Notes under the pieces: generated by a model
Databases searched by the model: none
Told to the model about the DNA's origin: nothing
Seen by the model: only the letters and a program-made list of their open reading frames with translations
NCBI GenBank assembly: GCA_964036045.1
Contig: OZ038378.1
Coordinates: forward strand, 114,328,001-114,392,000
DNA length: 64,000 nucleotides
DNA from: Eutreptiella sp. 'Long Island Sound 2002'
Taxonomy: Eukaryota > Protista > Euglenida
Direction of reading: 5' to 3'
In this document: positions 12,420-25,953 of the stretch, piece by piece
Layout: each line of letters begins with the position of its first letter
Position numbering within the stretch: the stretch's first letter is position 1
Translations under genes and position numbers: made by a program

Positions 12420-14900
12420 AACACTGAAACTGCCTATCCGGGTGGAGGCCAACGCCTTCGGATGTCAGGTTCGTACCCCCAAGTTAGTAGGGCCTAGTTG
12501 GCAGCTCAACATCGTCAAAGTGCACATACCATCCAGCAAAGACCCCGGCGACGTCATTGGACCAAATGATGGAGGCGCCACGGCAGCGAGCGTTCACACA
12601 ACCCACAATCATCATGAAGGACTTCGATGGCACCCCCATGGAAAACAACGGCGGTGGCCAGCCGACGGCGGAGGACGCGGTGATGAGGCTTGTGATGCAG
12701 CACCTGGGTTGCAAGACCCCCCCCCCCCCCGCCGGGTGACATTCTTCCCATGGGGCACAACAAGCGAGAGTGGGAGAATCACGCATCCACCTGAGCCATG
12801 CAGACCCAACTCAAGTGGAAGCGGCTAAGCAAGATATCACAACCTCCCATTCAAAACCACGGGGCACCGATGATTGGATCGATGCCTCAAAGTATTGTAC
12901 ATCACACCCACGCCCATGCCACACCCACACCAAGAAGTGCAACCACCGATTTCGCCTCTCTGCGGAAGGGGACACCCCGAGTTGGACGGCTTATAACCGC
13001 AAAGTCCGCCGAGCCCTGCGACAACAACCAAAACCTGACCTAAACCTCGCCATGCGACAAGCAGCGGTGGCATGCAAATTCTAGGCTGACCAGGGAAGCA
13101 ACTAGAATGCACAAACCAGCCACCACGGCATGTGCTTCATGGCATGAGCCATCTGGTAGGAAAAAAGAGGCCTCCACACCACCGTGCATTCCAACGACCC
13201 ACACATTCAACAGGCAACCAACAACATAGCGGCACGCGCAGAAGCAAGACAGCAACGGCGCAGGGCATGGCGCTAACATCGTGCAAAGCACGTAGCGTTA
13301 AACCAGCAACAACACCTCCAACCACTTGAGCCGTATATGTCCCTCAAAGACGTCGACAGAGTGATAGGCCACGCATGGCACAGGGACATTAAAGTAATGG
13401 GCCTTGCAGACGGCTTCATGACAAACGGCCCAGCCATTGTCCTCCAAAATGTGCAGCAAAGTTTCCAAATCCAGCACAACGCGGGCGACGGTGAACTATC
13501 CGACTACACCAAGGAGCTTATCTCTCAGCTGCCACGAGTCTACAACCAAGTCCACCAGAGAGACATGCAATTTGCCCCTTCACCCTCTAGCAATTGGATG
13601 CGGCGTTACTAAAGCTCCAGCTGGGGAAGAACTCCACGTGGGATTTCATCGCCTGTCCCGCATCTGATTTACACCATCTGTTATTGGAGCGGTTTTCCCT
13701 TTTGCCCCAGCCAACAGGTCGCGCACCCCATGTTAAGAATTCCTAAACCGATTTTTGTGTTTTCGCAAAATGTACGCAGCCATTTGCGCGGATGTTTTGA
13801 TCGGTTCCCAGAAGTAATCTTTCCACACAGTCGTCATACCTCTGTTCTGCACTTGGAAGGGTCAATGGACTCCCAATCTGAACTGTATAGCACACCACCA
13901 CTGGGCCTCAAGAGACACATAGAAGCTCTTCTTTGGGACGTCGCAATAGGCAGGACCTATGTGTCCCAAACTCAGCCAAAGTGGTACCCCCCTTGTACAA
14001 GAAGGCGGATTGGGCGGACCCCGACAAGTGGCACCAAATAGTATGCGCTACGACGGAGGCAAAAGCCATATGCATGTTGATCCTCACACGAGTGACACAA
14101 GTAGTCTACCAAGCCATCCCGCCCATCATGTGGGGGCAATCCCACATAGATCGCCACTAGAGGGTACCTGCATGCAGGATGTAATGGCGGACATGGACCT
14201 AGTCGAATTCATGATCATATCAGTGGATGTGTAAGGGGCCTTCTGCAAAACTCCGCACCAACTACTTGCGGCAATATGGGAACAATTGGAGCTTGCATTC
14301 GCAGGGTTGTTACACGCATACATGAGAGCGCGCCTCTACGTAGTCCGCACGGAAATGGGGACTACGCCATGGGTCCGTCCGGCCAGCAATGTACCGCACG
14401 CAGGAGCGGAGGGGCCATTCTCGTTTCTATTAGCTACCCTCACCTTGCCCTCATGCGTCAGACAAGCATGCCCGACATGGCGCAACACCCTCTAAGAAAC
14501 ACACTCTTGGCGTTCCGTGACCATCACAGTAGTGGCGGCGACGACAAGACACCGCACACACATGGACTGCGACACCAACTAGGCGGAAACAACGCTACGG
14601 GACATGACTACCTACCTTGGGAGCAACCTCCTAGTGCACAACGTCAAATCCACCAGCAGGATGGTAGGGGACAGCCATCCACAATTTGTATGTCCCAGCG
14701 ACCCACCCATGGAGCTAGTACGTAGGGCTACATATCTAGGGGTCTAGAAAGCGGCGAAACCCGCGCAAGTCACATTACCGCTCAAATTACCACAACAACT
14801 TGCCCACGCCATAGTTATGGGAAGCATCACCGAACTGTCAACATAAGCATTGGCCGATTTCACGGGGTGTTCAACGCGGCCATGGGGTTTGAGGGCCTAC
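12420..14900 (+). mobile_element. Degenerate LINE ORF2 (AP endonuclease + RT)
   Basis: IIMKDFDG (APE GDFN-like, about 12610); LYKKADWADPDKW (about 13990-14040); ISVDV*GAF..PH (about 14220); NVPHAGAEGPFSF (GVPQG..SP-like, about 14390). Multiple stops and frameshifts. Confidence 0.75.
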
Positions 14901-16849
14901 ACCTCACCCAACCACAACGGATATGCCATGAAGCCAAGAACACAGTGGAGAGAGTGTGGACCATCCACGGCCACCACCCTACCTCTCTTATGACGGCGCA
15001 GTACAACTTGGGGGTAGGATCGTGACATCCCGGGCCGGCGGGGACACGGAAAACGGGCAAAAACTTTCACCGTTGGCCTTGGAGGCCAAAATTGAACCTC
15101 CCATGAAAAGTCATTTTCCCAGAAGTGCACTGTAGGGACCATATTTCATAATGCTTCAGTGTCAACAGTGAAACAACAACTGGCATGGAAGCATTGAGGT
15201 GCGATGGACAGCATCCCTAGACCCCCCCCCGGTCCATTCCATCCCATCTCGGCTGTGGACCACAGGCAGCCACGAACAACTCCCCCCTGTGACGAACGAG
15301 TGTATGTAAAAGACCAACACAAAACATAGGTAGGACACTTGTGCACACAGTGTAGCTGCATGCGTAGAAGCATATTCGTGATGAAACGCATTGCAAAGGC
15401 AAATGACCTCATCAAGGGAGATACTTTCAATGTCAACAGTGAAATAGAGTTTTATACTCCACTCCGGGGTACAACATAGAGAAGGCAGACCAACTATATG
15501 ACCTTGCTGGTTGAACTCAGATACAAGACAAACAATATGAGGCTGTAGCAGCGGGTAATCCGGAGATACACATGAAGAGTGTCATACATCCTTGCAGCCC
15601 ATGATAGTGGCTGAAGGGCACAATTGATGGTCTATGATTGACTGTTGTTCTTTGATGGAAAACAGAAGCGGAAACCACCATAGTGCACTTCCGCATGAAG
15701 CTGTGCAGTAGGTCATCACAAAGCAGTGCGGTGACACAAAAAACTCTAACATCGGTTTCAGGCATTTCGGGCACACGTGTCATTGTGGCAGTGTGTTTTG
15801 CAATTGACAATGAAAGTAAACTGTGATGACTCAAAGCTGCAACCGCCATCGGGAGGGGGGACGCGGAGTGACTTCCGCTGTCAACTGCAAAATACAAGAT
15901 GAACCGGGCTGGCAGGTATCACCCGATGATTACGCAATGCTATAAAGATCATAATGACACAAATAGCATACAATCACAGAGTTGTTTCATTGTTGGCAGT
16001 GAAACCCCTGGAGAACAAAGTTCCAAAATGGGGGACGGTGCATACACTGACCGGCATCCAGCGCAATGTGCTGCGCGCGAGGCGCATGATGCTTGTGTTC
16101 TCCCTTCCTCTTTCCTATTGTGGGTCCATCGTCCATGTATCGCGCATTCCAAAAGGCCCGACATGATATCACTCATGGTAGGATTGAAACTAATGGCCGC
16201 CTTCATTGTGCATCCCTTGGCATAAGGAACCGGTACAAGTAAATGAGGAGCAAGAGACACAATGTTACGGCACCATGGCACACAACGTCATTTTAGGACC
16301 TGCTTGTTGCTTTGCGCCTTGTGTTCAACAACATATTTAGCAATTTGAAAACAGCTGGAGCAACGTGAACCTGGTATCCGGCGTGATGGTGACAAACCAA
16401 AATGAATGCTTTAGTTAAAACGAAAGACAATTACTAATTTCAACCAAATTGCCAACCGCACGCTTTCAGTATTCAAAGTGGAACCCCATTAGAAAACGTG
16501 CCTCGGAAATGCAATTTCATGGTGTTTTGGGCTGTTTTTCTCCCATTTGTGGCTCGTCCCTGCTCTCTGTAGGATAATGTAAAATGCATGGCCGCCGTGA
16601 TCCGCATGTGGAGCCCCAACACCCGGACCAGGTGGTCACCTTCACAATGGAATCTAGTGAAGTGCCTCCAGAGGAGTCAGGCCTCCGTGGCGTTAATGGT
16701 GAAAAACAAGATTGTAGCTCTGAGGCGTAAAAGGCAGGTCACATACAGACAGAACAAGGAGACAACAACCAATGGTTTAACCGTTGACACTGGAACTCAA
16801 TGGTGAGAAGGTGTAGTTAGCACAATATCAAAACGGGAGAACTTGTACA

Positions 16850-18410
16850 CAGGATGAAATACAACATGTAGCCCTAACAAGAAGTGTGTACACGTGGTTT
16901 CACTATTGTCAGTGAAAGTTCTTGTGGTCTAGTGCGGTGCATGCCAACCACTTGACAGGCACGTGGACAATAGAGTGCGTGCAAGTACATTTGGGGGGGC
17001 ACAACGTCAATGACATCCTCACGTGGCACCCCATTGTCCCCCCGTGCACCACAACCACAGGGAAGCCACAAGGACATAACACGTCTCGTACGACTCTATT
17101 GATGCCTCCAAGTCCCCTTGGGGTACTTTTCCTACCACCAAGGCTAGAAAACTGGTATCTCACTACATGGTCAGCCGTATACTACAAAACATGTCTAAAA
17201 AGTACCGGTTTGGTATTACTAGGAGTGTACCCCCCTTGCAACCGGGCACTTACCATGCCTAGTGGGTGACCATGTACTGGTGTGGCATGCCACATTGTGG
17301 CTAGGAGGGGGGATCTACTGAGATTCGAGCTCAGCCGCCAGTGCTACGACACGAGAGCCTGCCAGGTACTCCCTCCAGGTTTCGTACTTCTGCACACGGA
17401 ATACGGCCTGCGCCGCCGTCGGGTGTGAGTCCTCAGCTCCCCCCGTTAGTCGGGCCCTCATCTCTAGCAGCATACCAGGTATGACAGCAAGGTCTCGCAG
17501 GCTCACGTTTCTCACCTTCACCGTAGCGCCCGCAATGAAGATGACGTTCTCAAGCGGTTTAGCACACCATGCTGCAAACTGGCTGCAGTCCCTGTCCATG
17601 TGTACTGGTACCTGGTGGTACCTAGTACAGAGGATGAAATACAACATGTAGCGCTAAGAAGAAGTGTGTACAGGTGGTTTCATTATTGTGAGTGAAAGTT
17701 CTTGTGGTCTGATGCGGTGCATGCCAACCACTTGACAGGCACGTGGGCAATAGAGTGAATGCAAGTACATTGGGGGGGCACAACGTCAATAACATCCTCA
17801 CGTGGCACCCCACTATCCCCCCATGCACCACAACCACAGGGAGGCCACAAGGACATAACAGGTCTCGTACAACTGTATCAATGCCTCCAAGTCCCCTTGG
17901 GGTACTTTTCCTAGCACCAAGGCTAGAAAATCGGTATCTCACTACATGGTCAGCTGTATACTACAAAACATGTCTAAAAATTACCGGTTTGGTATTATTA
18001 GGAGTGTACCCCCCTTGCAACGGGGCACTTACCATGCCTAGTGGGTGACCATGTATTGGTGTGGCATGCCACATTGGGGCTAGGAGGGGGGATCTACTGG
18101 GATTCGAGCCCATGGAGCTCATGCAGCCGCCAGTGCTACGACACGAGAGCCTGCCAGGTACTCCCTCCAGGTTTCGTACTTCTGCACACGGAATACGGCC
18201 AGCGCCGCCGTCGGGTGTGACTCCCCAGATCCCCCAGTTAGTCGGGCCCTCATCTCTAGCAGCATACCAGGTATGACGCCAGTCTCGCAGGCTCACGTTT
18301 CTCACCTTCACCGTAGCCCCCGCAATGAAGATGACGTTCTGAAGCTGTTTAGGACACCATGCTGCAAACTGCCTGCAGTCCCTGTCCATCTGTACTGGTA
18401 CCTGGTGCAC
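16850..18410. repeat. Direct tandem duplication of an about 780-790-bp unit; further diverged copies near 19860-20660
   Basis: Units start ggatgaaatacaacatgtag at about 16852 and 17632 and end gtactggtacctggtg at about 17617 and 18409. The duplicated ORFs in the track agree (16922/17743; 17315/17961). Confidence 0.85.
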
Positions 18411-19690
18411 GGCCCCTTGCAGGTCTCGCAGTAGAACGTGGCGATCTTATACCAGCGATTGCCCTTCCGGGTCCAGCGGCCGATCGTCCGCACTTTCTAG
18501 GAAGAACACCGTCTCGTGTGCCTCGGTGAAGCCGTCGCCTGTCCTCACAGGTCCCACTCATCGAGCACCGTGTTCGAGTCCCAACCCTCTTCTTGGTCTT
18601 GCCACCATTCTACGAGCTCCTCTACATCCGCACAGTCCTCTCTCCGAAGATAATTTTCCGCTGCAACAGGGGGGCAACCAGGCACCTCCATGTCCAGCTC
18701 AACTTCGCTGTTGCCGTTGTTGCACTCCTTGGGCTGCGTGACCCCGCCCAAACGGGCACGCATCGCGCTTGGCGAGCAAGGGCGTAGGCCGTTCCCCTGG
18801 TTGATGTGCACCACTGCCTCCTGTGCGTGTGTCGCCGCCCTGGGGCCATCAATCACGTCCATACCCAAGTCTGCTGCGCTCCGGCCGCCACTGCACCCCC
18901 GCCCTTGCCAGCAGCCGACGCCACCGGACCGGGATTGAGAGGGGCCAAACCTAGTGAGCCTCGCACTGTCGTCATATTGGATTCCATCACCCGGTTGGCT
19001 TGCTTCGCGGGAAACACCGGCGTGTGTCGCCGCGGTGTGGTCACCACAGCCCTGGATACCCAGCTCCACTGCTCTCCTGCCGCCGCTGCACCCCCGCCCT
19101 TGGCAGCAGCCGTCGCCACTGGACCGGGACCAAGGGAGACCAGCCCCGGCGAGCCTCTCACCGTCGTCACACTGGATTCCATCGCCTGGCTGGCCTGCTT
19201 CGCGGGAACCGCTGGCCGCGGGGAAGTCACCGGGCACCTATGTACCCAGTTCTGGTGTGCTCTTGCCGGGGCTGCATCGTTGCCATTGCCCGCAGTCACC
19301 GTGACTGGTCTTGGTCGGGGCGGGGCTGTCGTCTGATCCAGTGAGTCCCTCACCGCCATCACCGTAGTGTCGATCCCCAAGCTGGCCTGCCACTCGGGCC
19401 GCACTGGCTTGCTCCGTGGCTAGGGGGCTATAGGGCACACCTGCACCGTGCTCTCCCTGGTACTTGTCGCCTCCGTAACCCCGCTCTCGCCCCCGAATGC
19501 TTCCACCGGGCTTTGCTTGAAGCACGCCCCTATCGACCTGGCCCAGGATCACCCCACCGTCGTCGTCGCGAGACCCACCGCGGGGCGTCCCGGTGTCCTA
19601 CGCGTCCTGATATCCCAGTCGCTCGGTCGGGTCGTTGTCGTTCCTGACCACTTCTCCACGTTGGCGAGCTGCTGACGCCCCCACGGCATG
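17315..19690 (-). pseudogene. Degenerate orphan ORF with about four 186-195-bp coding tandem repeats, an acidic tract and a C-x2-C segment
   Basis: Repeat starts near 18861, 19056 and 19242, with periods divisible by 3. Downstream it reads EELVEWWQDQEEGWD...FYCETCKGPC...NVIFIAGATVKVRNVSL across frameshifts. Confidence 0.45.
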
Positions 19691-21119
19691 AGAAAGGCAC
19701 CCGTAGTCGCGGGGTGCCTCCGACTGGTCCTGTCTGCTCATGTAAAAATGGAAAACAGACTGCACGGTGCAAAGGGAGCAACCTGCAGTCCAGAACTACA
19801 GTCAAGGCGGAGACTGCTGCTGTGCCTGCTACCGACAGCCTCCATCAGAACTTCAATACAGCGTACAGGGGATCTACTGGGATTCGAGCCCAGCCCCCAG
19901 TGCTACGACACGAGGGTGACAACCATTGGACAAGAAGCCGTTGCGGCTATGTTTCCGGTGGCGATTTTTACAGGCCTCTAACAAAAATAAAATTCACTTT
20001 ACCCGTTTTCCTTGTTTACCCATGGACACCACAGTACGAGAAATATTTTCACTGTCAACGGTGAAAGTGATTGAGACTTGTCACCGCGTTTTTAGCATGC
20101 TTCCCACGTGAAAAGCAGGTGGACAACAGGGTGGATGCAAGCACATGGGGGGGGGGGGGGGGCACAACGTCAATAAGATCCTCACTTGGCACCCCACTGT
20201 CCCCGCATGCACGACAACCATAGGGAAGCCACAAGGACATAACGGGTCTGGTACAACTCTATTGATGCCTCCAAGTCCCCTTGGGGTAATTTTCCTACCA
20301 CGAGGGCTAAAAAACTGGTGTCTCACCTATGTACTACAGAACATGTCGAAACACTACCCGTTTGGTGGTACTAGTAGTGTACCCCCCCTGCAACGGGGCA
20401 CATTCCATGCCTAGTGGGTGACCAAGTACTAGTGTGGTATGCCACATGGTCACTTGGAGGGGAATCTACTAGGATTCAAACCCAACCCCCAGTGATACAA
20501 CATGAGGTTGATCATAGCCATGGGACAAGACGACAGCCCGGCTACATTTCTGGTGGTGTTTTTTACAGGCCTCTTCCAAAAATAAAATTCACTTTACCCG
20601 TTTGGCCTGTTTCCCCCTGGACACCACAATACGAAAAATAGTTTCACTATCAACAGTGAAAGCGATTGACGCCTGTCACCGCCTTCTCAGTACACAAACA
20701 CACGCCACAATATCACAACTAGTTTCACCATCAAACGTGAAACTACTTCCGGTCATCCAGTTCTTGCAGCTATCTGCTCTAGTCCTTGACAATGTTCCAT
20801 ATGCTAAGGAGCAAGGTAGTGTTTCATTGTTGAGAGTGAAACGAACCTGCACTATCAAGCACAATTAGGTGCTCATATAATCCATCCCACCCAAAATGAG
20901 ACACCACCACCATGCCAAGGGGGGTAGCTAGACACGCGCAAGGGGTTGCGTATGGCCCACAGTTTAGTACAGCACGGTCCTGGTGCCCGAGTTTCGCTAA
21001 TGACAGCGAAACCCTGGGACCGGTTGCGGTGTAACAGGAGGAATTCCCAAAACAGTGTTGGTTCAAATCTGGTGCTTTCAGAAGTCTAAGGATTCATTGG
21101 GGGTTTGCGGTCATTCTTC

Positions 21120-21509
21120 TGCAACAGTGAAACTACCTATCCCGGGTGGAGGCCAACACCTTCGCATGCCAGGTTCGTACCCCCAATTACAATGGGGACA
21201 ACACACGCCACTTGATGCACAACACATACCTCGCACACACAGCAACTCACCTACAACGTTGAACGCATAACCACCAACCAAATGTACGAGAGGTGTCTAC
21301 GCTTCGAATACGCGACGCGCAACGGCACCACAATATATTCCCCAAGTACATCCTCAAGCAGCAGGGGGCACCCAGGCGTTAGGCAACCGCATGTGAAGCC
21401 ACCTCCAGCTGCTCTTACCGGACCAAGACGAACTATCACCCCCATGAAACAGGCCCCAGAGTCGTCCCAAAAACACACTTTGGTGGGGGACAACCCACCA
21501 CCACCACCA
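21120..21509 (+). pseudogene. Second copy of the LINE AP-endonuclease fragment
   Basis: Nucleotide match to 12420 onward (gcaaca.tgaaact.cctatcc.ggtggaggccaac...ggttcgtaccccc). It is cut at 21509 by element E1. Confidence 0.6.
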
Positions 21510-23167
21510 CCCTTGGTACACGCTGGAAGACCCAATCTCATTCTAGGCTAGAACACTCTAGCCTAGATGTTCTAGCCTAGAATATATCAATACTAGAACG
21601 ATATAATAGCCTCGGTAGAACACAAAAAACAAATTATCACACACACACACACACAGACGCACATGCACCCACACATTTCGACATAGGCACGGGCACTGTG
21701 GGGCTGCCCTCCCTTCAAGCGTTCTTTGGGAGGGGGGGGGGGGCGTATTTGCTTTTCTCACACATTTTTCAGGGCGGCCTTGAGAACGACCTTTGGGGGG
21801 GGGGGTTGAACTCGGCGGTCTGGGAGGGTGTTCTTTTCTTTGTTTCACAAGTGGTTTTTTGTTGAATAATTTTGATATTGGACTGACGAACTGCAATTTC
21901 AAGTTGCACGTATGCCATGCCATGTTGTGCAGTGTCGTGGTGTGTTGTCGTCGCGTAAGGTGTAATGTGGTGTTGTGTGATGTGTCGTAGTATGTTGTGG
22001 TGTGTGATATGCTATGGTGTGTCTTGCTGTATAGTGGCGTGGTGTGTTGTGTTGTGGTCACATGACGTGCGTTGTGGTGTGTTGCGGTGTCATGTGGTGT
22101 GGTCTGGTGTCATGTGCTGTGGGCTCGTGTCATGTGGTGTGGTGTGTTGTGCTGCACTCCGGTTTGTGGTAGTGTGTGATTGGCTGTGGTGTGTTCTACT
22201 GTGTGCGGGTGTAGTGTGTTGTGGTCACATGACGTGCGTTGTGGTGTGCTATGTTTTCATGTGGTGTGGTTGGTGTGGTTGGTGTGGTTGGTTGAATGGC
22301 GTGTTGGTTGCTTGGCAGGTTGGGTTGTTAGCCGGTTGGGGCATGCTGTGTGGTGTCTGCACCCTTTGGTGTGTGGTGCCGTATGCTGTTGCATGCTCTG
22401 TGATGTCATGTCTGTGGGTACACATGTAATTAGTTACATTCCAAAGGAGGGGGGGCGGACTGGCAAGCATTTAATATTTTTGTTCTACCGGTGCTGGAGC
22501 GCCGCTAGAACGCCGCTAGAACAGTTCCCTAGAACACCGGTAGAACAAAAATAGTAAATGCTAACCAGCCCCCCGCCCCTTCCTTGGGATGGCAGCAAAT
22601 ACATGTGTACCCACAGACATGACATCACAAGGCATACAACAGCATACCACAGCACACACCACAGGGTGTAGACAGCAGACAACATGCCCAAAACGGCCAA
22701 ACACCCAGCAAATAAAAAAAGCTGCCAAACAACCGAACGTGCCAAGCAACCAACACACCATTCAACCAACCAGACACGCAACCCTATGGCACAATACCCC
22801 ACCACACCACACCACACCACATGACACTAGACCACATCACATGGCATCCGACCGCATCAAATGACAACAAAGCACACTACAGGGCACGTCATGCGACCAC
22901 AACACACTACCCACCCGCACAGTACAGCACACCACAACAAATCACACACTATAGCAGACCGCAGCACACCACAGCACACCACACTACATGACACCACTTT
23001 ACACCTTACGAGACCACAACAAAGCACAACACTACACAGCATTGCATGGCATACGTGCAACTTGAAATTGCACTTCGTCAGTCCAATATCGTAAAACTCC
23101 AATAAAAAAAACCAAACGTGAAACAAAGAAAAGAACACCCTCCCAGACCCCTGAGTTCAACCCCCTG

Positions 23168-25323
23168 CAAGCTCTAAATAAACACAATCCAAAGGCCATT
23201 TGACTAGTGACTAGTAACTTGTTTATTTTGGTGAAAATTTTTTTTTACCTTTTTTTAAACAAATTGTTTGCAAAAATGGTCATTCTGCAGCTGCTTGCCT
23301 CCTTATACCTATTCCTTCCATTGCAGGTTCATAGCACACAACTTTGTTCTATGTGGCTTGTACCATGGAGTTCTGTATAATTCTCTACTACATGATTGTA
23401 TATGTTTGTATGTCTTCAATTTTGGTACAAAACAAATCCCACACTGTTTATTTTTGGATGTTCCCAATCCTTGTTTATTTCTGGGACCTTCATTCAAATG
23501 TTTACTTTTGGGACCTTCATTCAAATGTTTATCTGTGGGACCTTCATCCAACTGAAATTATTTTTCCTCTGTGCCTTGTTTTTTTCTCCGCTGTTTGCGT
23601 TTGCCTGCGTCATGAATTCTGTGCGCCCGGTGCTGTTGTGCAGAGGGACACCACAAAACCGTGTATGGGAGCCCTCGTGAGAAACCAAAGCGGCATTGAA
23701 TACGAACCACTCATCACCTTCCCATCGCGCTACCTTGTCGAACTCAGCAACGCATGCCTCCACACTGCGATCAATCAGAGCGGAGCACCTCTTCGTCACC
23801 TGGATTCATTGGGACATCAGGGCCGAAGCCCGCACAACATCCAGCATAAAAAACAGACCACATGGAAACACCTCGTTCGTGAGTGCAAAAAGCAAAGCAT
23901 CTCTTTGTTCTTTGTGGACTGCCTTGCTCACGTGTACTTCACGCAAACCAAGCACAACAATAACATAGCACCGCTTCATACGGCGCAAGGCATCCGCTGC
24001 AAAAGCACACCAGGGACGAGTGTGCTGAACCCCTAATTTCAAGAATGCGGCATCGAGGGCGAGACCCAATGCATGCTATGTCTTGAGCCTAGAGGCAACA
24101 TTATTCCAACAGTGCAACAGATTGCAACGTGTCAGCAAGCAGATCAAGAAACGCATGATCGGCGGCGATGGGGGCCTTAAAGGCCGACTCGCATCCGTGA
24201 CAGGATGTGTGATATGGCACCACCACATCATACCCTGCGATCTCCTTCTGAAAGTCGCCGACAATACAGATAATCCCACCACATTCGCCTTGAACCACAC
24301 TGGCCCCATCCCCACATTAGAAAAAGAGCTTACGGATCCAAACATCAAGATCCACGTCTGCATGGGCCATGGCCCGTTTCAATGCAGTGACTATTCCTGG
24401 AGCGGTGCCGGAGGGGAGGGGTTGGCAAGAGAAATAATTGGTAGCCATCACTCCATCAACCACGGCACGAAAATAAAAAAGCTCTTCTTTCTTTGCTGCG
24501 CGGTTTGTGCACGAGTCTGATGCGATGGAGAAAAAAGAAGACTCCTTGATTACTAGACCCTGGGAAATGCGAAATGGTTGGGAAATAAAGCGAAGCACCT
24601 CCCTACCCGAGGGGGGTGAACGATAACTTGGGATAATTGTGCCTCCATTGAGTGACACGAGCTCGGCATGCCCTTCCAGATGACTAAGGGGACCAAAGCG
24701 GTGCACACTCCTGTACGCGGTCCTGAATGGGGACAGGATGCCCTGTAGCACATGAGAGGGCAAGGTTTGAATGACCGACGTCACCCGACCACCTGATTGC
24801 CACAAGGCCAAGGACACAGCGTGTGAGCCCGACCGTTGGTGATACTTAAGGGAGCAGAACATGAAGTTTGAAGTACCTTGCACGAAGGAAATAGAGTGGC
24901 CAAGTTGAGGGTACTGTTGACAGGCAATGCACCACATCTTTGTGTATCTATTTATGCTAATGCGCACGGACATGCGGTGAATTAGAAGCGAGAACTTTGT
25001 TTATTTTGCGTTGAAGCTTGTTGTTCCAATGTGGACGTACAAACGCAATCCCTCACGAAGTGTCAAGAGGCACATTTCTCTAACCTCTTTGTTGTAAGCG
25101 AACGAGATGGCGTTTGTGATTGTTTAAATTTAAATGACACCTACGGGAAATGACAACTTGCAAGCGAATGGCACAACAAGGCAACCCGAAACCTTCCCCA
25201 ATGCATGCAACAATATGTGAAAACACCAATAAACATCAATAAACATCGATAAACAGCGATTCTCGCCCAAAAACGGGCGTTTTTTTTAAAAATAAAGGCA
25301 TAAACGCGTTTATTTTGAATTCG
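23168..25323 (-). mobile_element. hAT DNA transposon inserted in the right arm of E1
   Basis: Imperfect 16-bp TIRs (caagctctaaataaac / gtttattttgaattcg, 12/16) and AATAAAC/GTTTATT subterminal clusters. A 27-bp tandem repeat starts at 23483, 23510 and 23537. No 8-bp TSD found; boundaries approximate. Confidence 0.65.
23650..24973 (-). pseudogene. hAT-family DDE transposase, degenerate
   Basis: WCIACQQY..GTSNF...LKYH..S.SH (zinc finger); FFSIASDSCT (first D); *CGDGASVVQG (second D); VPYHTSCH (CxxH-like); LKLGVQHTRPW (TRW-like). Confidence 0.8.
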
Positions 25324-25497
25324 AATAGCGACTAGAATAGCAGTGAATTATAGTCTGACCCCCCGCCCAAGGTAGTTGTCAAGCCCCCCCTGAAAAATGT
25401 GTGACAAAAGCAAAGACACCCCCCCCCCCCGCAAACCAACGCTTGAAGGGAGGGCAACCCCACAGTGCCCGTGCGTATGTCAAAATGTGTGTGTGCA

Positions 25498-25530
<33 letters not shown>

Positions 25531-25953
25531 GCACATATGACTAGACATGCACCAAATGTGATGGTTTCTATGTGTCTATTATCATGCCCCCCCCCCCCCC
25601 TTCCCGCATCGGTGTCTTTCACTTCCCAAATGTGTGTGCATGTTCTGGTTCTAGCCTTGTTCTAGCGAAGCGTTCTAGCGACGTTCTAGCGCCGTTCTAG
25701 CGGGGCGGCGCTAGAAGGGCGCTAGAACGTCGCTAGAAAGGTTTTTTGTACCTGTTGAATTTCAGGTGAAAAAATTGTTTTTCTGAAAAACACGGTATGA
25801 ACCCCTAGTATGGTAATAGGGGTGCAAATTGCACCCTTTGCACCCCAGCCCCCCTATGCCCATGGGTCGGGGCAACCACTACTTTTGTTCGTCTAGCCAC
25901 TCTAGCGGCATGGAGGCTAGAACGAGATTGGGTCTTCTAGCGTGTAGCAAGGG

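Larger units (their letters stand above)
21510..25953. mobile_element. E1: non-autonomous palindromic DNA transposon, CCCTTG termini, CA target duplication
   Basis: 37-bp TIRs (cccttggtacacgctggaagacccaatctcattctag vs the reverse complement of about 25917-25953; 34/37 identical). CA at 21508-09 and 25954-55. Arms about 21600-22490 mirror 22535-23165 plus 25356-25545. GCTAGAAC/GTTCTAGC clusters occur at the ends, at the centre and at 25650-25740. Confidence 0.85.

Noticed and set aside
17310-20480. Intact tRNA genes
   Set aside because: Only a T-arm/B-box-like piece is present and no cloverleaf could be built; kept only as a low-interest finding.
21793-23138. Cys/Val-rich and His/Thr-rich ORFs as metallothionein-like genes
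   Set aside because: They are translations of the (GTG/CAC)-rich arms of the E1 palindrome, mirrored on both strands.
23344-24520. Plus-strand ORFs of 230 and 145 aa
   Set aside because: They are antisense to the hAT transposase, whose catalytic motifs are on the minus strand.
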